Made by a program: the position numbers and the translations under genes. The notes under the pieces were generated by a model that did no database searches, was not told the origin of the DNA, and worked only from the letters and a program-made list of their open reading frames with translations. A stretch of 11,427 nt of DNA from Pseudomonadota bacterium (GTDB taxonomy: Bacteria > UBA10199 > 2-02-FULL-44-16 > JAAZCA01): contig JBDRBN010000009.1 of NCBI GenBank assembly GCA_043822785.1, positions 1 to 11,427 on the forward strand, given 5' to 3'. Below are positions 8,968 to 11,427 of this stretch, in pieces; position 1 is the first letter of the stretch; each line of letters starts with the position of its first letter.

Positions 8968-10301
8968 GATCGTCCTACTCCAGTATACACAAATCCCATT
9001 TCGTGCATTCTTTCGGGTTCAAACAGGTTGCGTCCGTCGAAGATCACAGTGTTTTTCATTAGAGTTTTCATGCGATCAAAATCTGGGCTCCTGAATTCGC
9101 GCCACTCTGTACAGATGACAAGCGCGTCTGCCCCTTCTATGGCTTCATAAACACTACTGGTCCATCGTATTTTAGATGCATGTTTACCCATTGCTTGCTT
9201 GCCTGTTTCTATTGCTACTGGATCAAATGCAGCTACGTTTGCGCCAGCAATTTCTAGCTGCTCCATGAGATATAAGGATGGGGCAAAGCGCACATCATCA
9301 GTGTTTGCTTTAAACGCCACACCCCATAAGGCGATATTCTTGCCTTTGAGATTTGAGTTGCCGCCAAAGTGGGCGGTGATCTTGTTCCAAAACCATGCGC
9401 GCTGTACATCGTTTGCCCGATCAGCAGCTTCTATTATCGTAAGATCGCATGAGTGTTCGCGCCCTAAACCTATTACAGCCTGTGTGTCCTTAGGAAAACA
9501 GGAGCCGCCATAACCAAGACCTGCGTATAGAAAATCAGGACCTATGCGCGGATCACTACCCAGGCTGCGCCTGATCTCGCTTATGTCTGCGCCAACCCTC
9601 TCACACAGCCTTGCCATCTCGTTTATGAACGAGATGCGCGTGGCCAGCATGGCGTTTGCTGCATATTTTGCGAGCTCAGCTGAAGGTATGTTCATGGTAA
9701 GGAATCGATCGCTCCTGCGCATAAAAGGTTTATACAGCTCATGCAACTTCTTTGTGGTTTCATCATCTTCCACTCCCACTATCACCCTATCTGGTCTCAT
9801 AAAGTCTTCTACTGCATCGCCTTCCTTTAAAAATTCTGGGTTGGAAGCGACGGTGAGAATTTTTTTGGGATCATGCTTGCGGGCTAAGAGCCCTTCTGAA
9901 ATTGCATCTTTAACGCGCATGGTGGTGCCGACTGGCACGGTGCTCTTAGTGACAATTGTGACAGGTTGGTCAATCACCAGGCCCAGCTGTTTTGCCACAT
10001 CCAAAACATTTGTCAGATCCGCACGCCCTGTTCCGCGCGGAGGCGTATTCACAGTTATAAAACAGATGTCTGCAGAGTTAAGGCCCTCTGCAAGATCAGT
10101 GGTAAAGTGGAGGCGGTTCTCTGAAATGTTGCGGCGGACAATATCTTCAAGCCCGGGCTCATAGAAGGGGATTTTGTGTTTTTTAAGGTTTGCAATCTTT
10201 TGGGCATCTGTATCAACGCACCAGACTGTATTTCCAACATCTGCCAGGCAAGCTCCTGATACAAGCCCTACATAACCGGTTCCAGTCATACAGATTTTCA
10301 T
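8964..10301 (-). CDS. ugd: UDP-glucose 6-dehydrogenase (UDP-glucose/GDP-mannose dehydrogenase family)
   Basis: GTGYVG, KSTVPVGT, SNPEFLKEG, AELAKYAAN, GYGGSCFPKD (catalytic Cys), AFKANTDDVR. AGGAG RBS supports a start at 10301. Confidence 0.93.
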   Translation of the reverse strand: MKICMTGTGYVGLVSGACLADVGNTVWCVDTDAQKIANLKKHKIPFYEPGLEDIVRRNISENRLHFTTDLAEGLNSADICFITVNTPPRGTGRADLTNVLDVAKQLGLVIDQPVTIVTKSTVPVGTTMRVKDAISEGLLARKHDPKKILTVASNPEFLKEGDAVEDFMRPDRVIVGVEDDETTKKLHELYKPFMRRSDRFLTMNIPSAELAKYAANAMLATRISFINEMARLCERVGADISEIRRSLGSDPRIGPDFLYAGLGYGGSCFPKDTQAVIGLGREHSCDLTIIEAADRANDVQRAWFWNKITAHFGGNSNLKGKNIALWGVAFKANTDDVRFAPSLYLMEQLEIAGANVAAFDPVAIETGKQAMGKHASKIRWTSSVYEAIEGADALVICTEWREFRSPDFDRMKTLMKNTVIFDGRNLFEPERMHEMGFVYTGVGRS

Positions 10302-10433
10302 GGATTCTCCTTTTGTCTTTGGCTTGGAACCCTTAGCGGAATGGGCTTTTAAAAGCAATATAGATGTTGGCTAGTAAGGCCAGTCAAGTCAGTAGGTTTT
10401 ATACTTTTCTCGCCTGTCTCGCTGGCTAATATA

Positions 10434-10462
10434 TTTACAAATGATCTGAATATGATTAAAAT
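10434..10462 (+). promoter_or_regulatory. Putative sigma70-type promoter for the 10511 gene
   Basis: TTTACA-N17-TAAAAT in an AT-rich divergent intergenic region. Confidence 0.45.
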
Positions 10463-10510
10463 TAATATAGTGTTAACAACGGTGAGGTCGAATACGAAAA
10501 GGGAGGCAAT

Positions 10511-10771
10511 ATGCAGGAGAAGGAAATTGGCTTTGTAGAGCATTTCTTCAACCATCTTAGCGTAGCAGCGATTAAAATCACTGATGGCGAGCTCAAGGTC
10601 GGCGATACCATTCACGTAAAAGGCCACACAACGGACTTCACTGAAAAGATCAATTCCATGCAGATCGAGCATGATGATGTTACGGTGGCTAAGGCCGGCG
10701 ATGACATCGGTATTAAGATGGTGGGAAAGTGCCGCGAACACGACAAAGTATACGTGATTACAGAAGAATAA
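10511..10771 (+). CDS. Small stand-alone translation-elongation-factor-like (EF-Tu domain II-type beta-barrel) protein
   Basis: GGGAGG RBS. IGFVEHFF...GELKVGDTI...SMQIEH...AKAGDDIGIK resembles the EF-Tu/SelB domain II pattern and U32-peptidase C-terminal barrels. Confidence 0.8.
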   Translation: MQEKEIGFVEHFFNHLSVAAIKITDGELKVGDTIHVKGHTTDFTEKINSMQIEHDDVTVAKAGDDIGIKMVGKCREHDKVYVITEE

Positions 10772-10808
10772 TAGAGGACTTTTGTTGGTAGGAGTTGGGG
10801 GAAGAAAG

Positions 10809-10837
10809 AGGCCTGGGGCATTGCTCCAGGCCTTTTT
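10809..10837 (+). terminator. Intrinsic terminator after the 10511 gene
   Basis: AGGCCTGGGGC-ATT-GCTCCAGGCCT followed by a T run. Confidence 0.75.
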
Positions 10838-10845
10838 CTGTACTC

Positions 10846-10873
10846 AAATCCAATTTCCAATCTCTAATTTCCA
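10846..10873. repeat. Degenerate heptamer tandem repeat (4 units)
   Basis: AAATCCA ATTTCCA ATCTCTA ATTTCCA. Confidence 0.5.
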
Positions 10874-10909
10874 GAAAAAATGGCCTCCCTTTCGGGCGGC
10901 CATTTTTCT
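10874..10909 (-). terminator. Intrinsic, probably bidirectional, terminator downstream of the tRNA duplicate
   Basis: Minus strand ATGGCCGCCC-GAAA-GGGAGGCCAT then a T run; A/T tracts on both sides. Confidence 0.8.
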
Positions 10910-10910
10910 T

Positions 10911-10960
10911 GTGGGTCATGCAGGATTCGAACCTGCGACCCGCTGATTAAGAGTCAGCTG
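10911..10960 (-). repeat. Direct duplicate of the 3' part of tRNA-Lys (att-like remnant)
   Basis: 49/50 identical to 11106-11155, covering the anticodon arm, T arm and 3' acceptor strand. Ends in CAA rather than CCA and lacks the 5' part. Confidence 0.92.
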
Positions 10961-11103
10961 GGCATTACAAGGGGAGGGCCTACGCCCTCCCCTCTGCCGC
11001 GGCAAAGCCGCGGACATTCACCCCACCTGCAAATCATGCTGCGCATGATTTTGTAGAGCAGCTGCCTCTTAATCAAAAAGCCTCACATTTCGGCGAGGCT
11101 TGT
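10961..11103. mobile_element. Putative miniature non-autonomous tRNA-targeted element (hairpin-rich, non-coding)
   Basis: Lies between tRNA direct repeats; three perfect hairpins (10970-10993, 10997-11013, 11031-11051), an inverted tRNA fragment (11055-11075) and a terminator. Mobility is inferred. Confidence 0.5.
11075..11101 (-). terminator. Intrinsic terminator immediately after tRNA-Lys
   Basis: Minus strand AAGCCTCGC-CGAAAT-GTGAGGCTT followed by TTT. Confidence 0.7.
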
Positions 11104-11179
11104 TGGTGGGTCATGCAGGAGTCGAACCTGCGACCCGCTGATTAAGAGTCAGCTGCTCTTCCAACTGAGCTAATGACCC
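11104..11179 (-). tRNA. tRNA-Lys, anticodon CTT
   Basis: Reverse complement GGGTCATTAGCTCAGTTGGAAGAGCAGCTGACTCTTAATCAGCGGGTCGCAGGTTCGACTCCTGCATGACCCACCA: 76 nt, full cloverleaf, anticodon loop CT-CTT-AA, encoded CCA. Confidence 0.97.
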
Positions 11180-11327
11180 ACTACTGATAATAGGTGCGAG
11201 TTCGTATATAATTCGCTGGTGTATGGCAAGGAGTTTTGTGAATGATCAGACAGGCTTTCAATGCTTGATATTTAATAATATATATTATTGCACTGCTGTC
11301 GCGTTAGAACTGCTTGTTTTTCATGGA

Positions 11328-11413
11328 TGTCATTGCGAGCAAAGCGAAGCAATCCCCTTATAACCTGTGTTTGCGGGAGATTGCTTCGTCGCTAAACGCT
11401 CCTCGCAATGACA
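11328..11413. repeat. Complete TGTC-tagged palindromic repeat
   Basis: Perfect outer IR TGTCATTGCGAG/CTCGCAATGACA and inner IR CGAAGCAATC/GATTGCTTCG; same family as 652-720 and 1144-1232. Confidence 0.9.
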
Positions 11414-11427
11414 CCTAGACATGAGAA

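Noticed and set aside
235..10358. Longer ORF-track starts at 235, 1141, 2207, 7056, 8043 and 10358
   Set aside because: Downstream starts have better SD spacing, ATGA coupling or family-typical N-termini.
10357..10387. Minus-strand promoter for ugd (TTGACT...TATATT)
   Set aside because: The 19-nt spacer is suboptimal, too weak to call.
8447..10860. ORFs such as 8447-8812, 8797-9150, 9544-10164, 10349-10741, 10612-10860
   Set aside because: Antisense shadows of the NusG paralog, ugd or the 10511 gene.
10911..10960. Second functional tRNA-Lys, or an intron-split tRNA
   Set aside because: No same-strand 5' acceptor strand or D arm and no CCA; the nearby fragment is inverted.
652..11413. CRISPR array or integron made of the TGTC repeats
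   Set aside because: Copies are dispersed and irregular, with no repeat-spacer periodicity, no cas or intI gene, and no attC RYYYAAC/GTTRRRY ends.

Overview
Bacterial chromosomal window, mostly housekeeping genes with small accessory modules. Left to right: an AT-rich coupled pair (77-aa hypothetical protein + retropepsin-like aspartyl protease); a secreted YHS-like protein; cysK, divergent from a thrA-thrB-thrC operon; a Cof-type HAD hydrolase with a lipoprotein signal; a GNAT acetyltransferase; a minus-strand ugd + NusG-paralog (RfaH/UpxY/LoaP-like) pair; a small EF-Tu-domain-II-like protein; and tRNA-Lys(CTT). The most unusual DNA is non-coding. (1) A 195-bp hairpin-packed unit at the tRNA-Lys 3' end carries a direct duplicate of the tRNA 3' part, an inverted tRNA fragment and two terminators, but no integrase. 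(2) Four copies or remnants of a TGTCATTGCGAG...CTCGCAATGACA palindromic repeat have variable loop modules and mostly sit next to accessory genes. Product calls come from motif recognition only; no searches were run.
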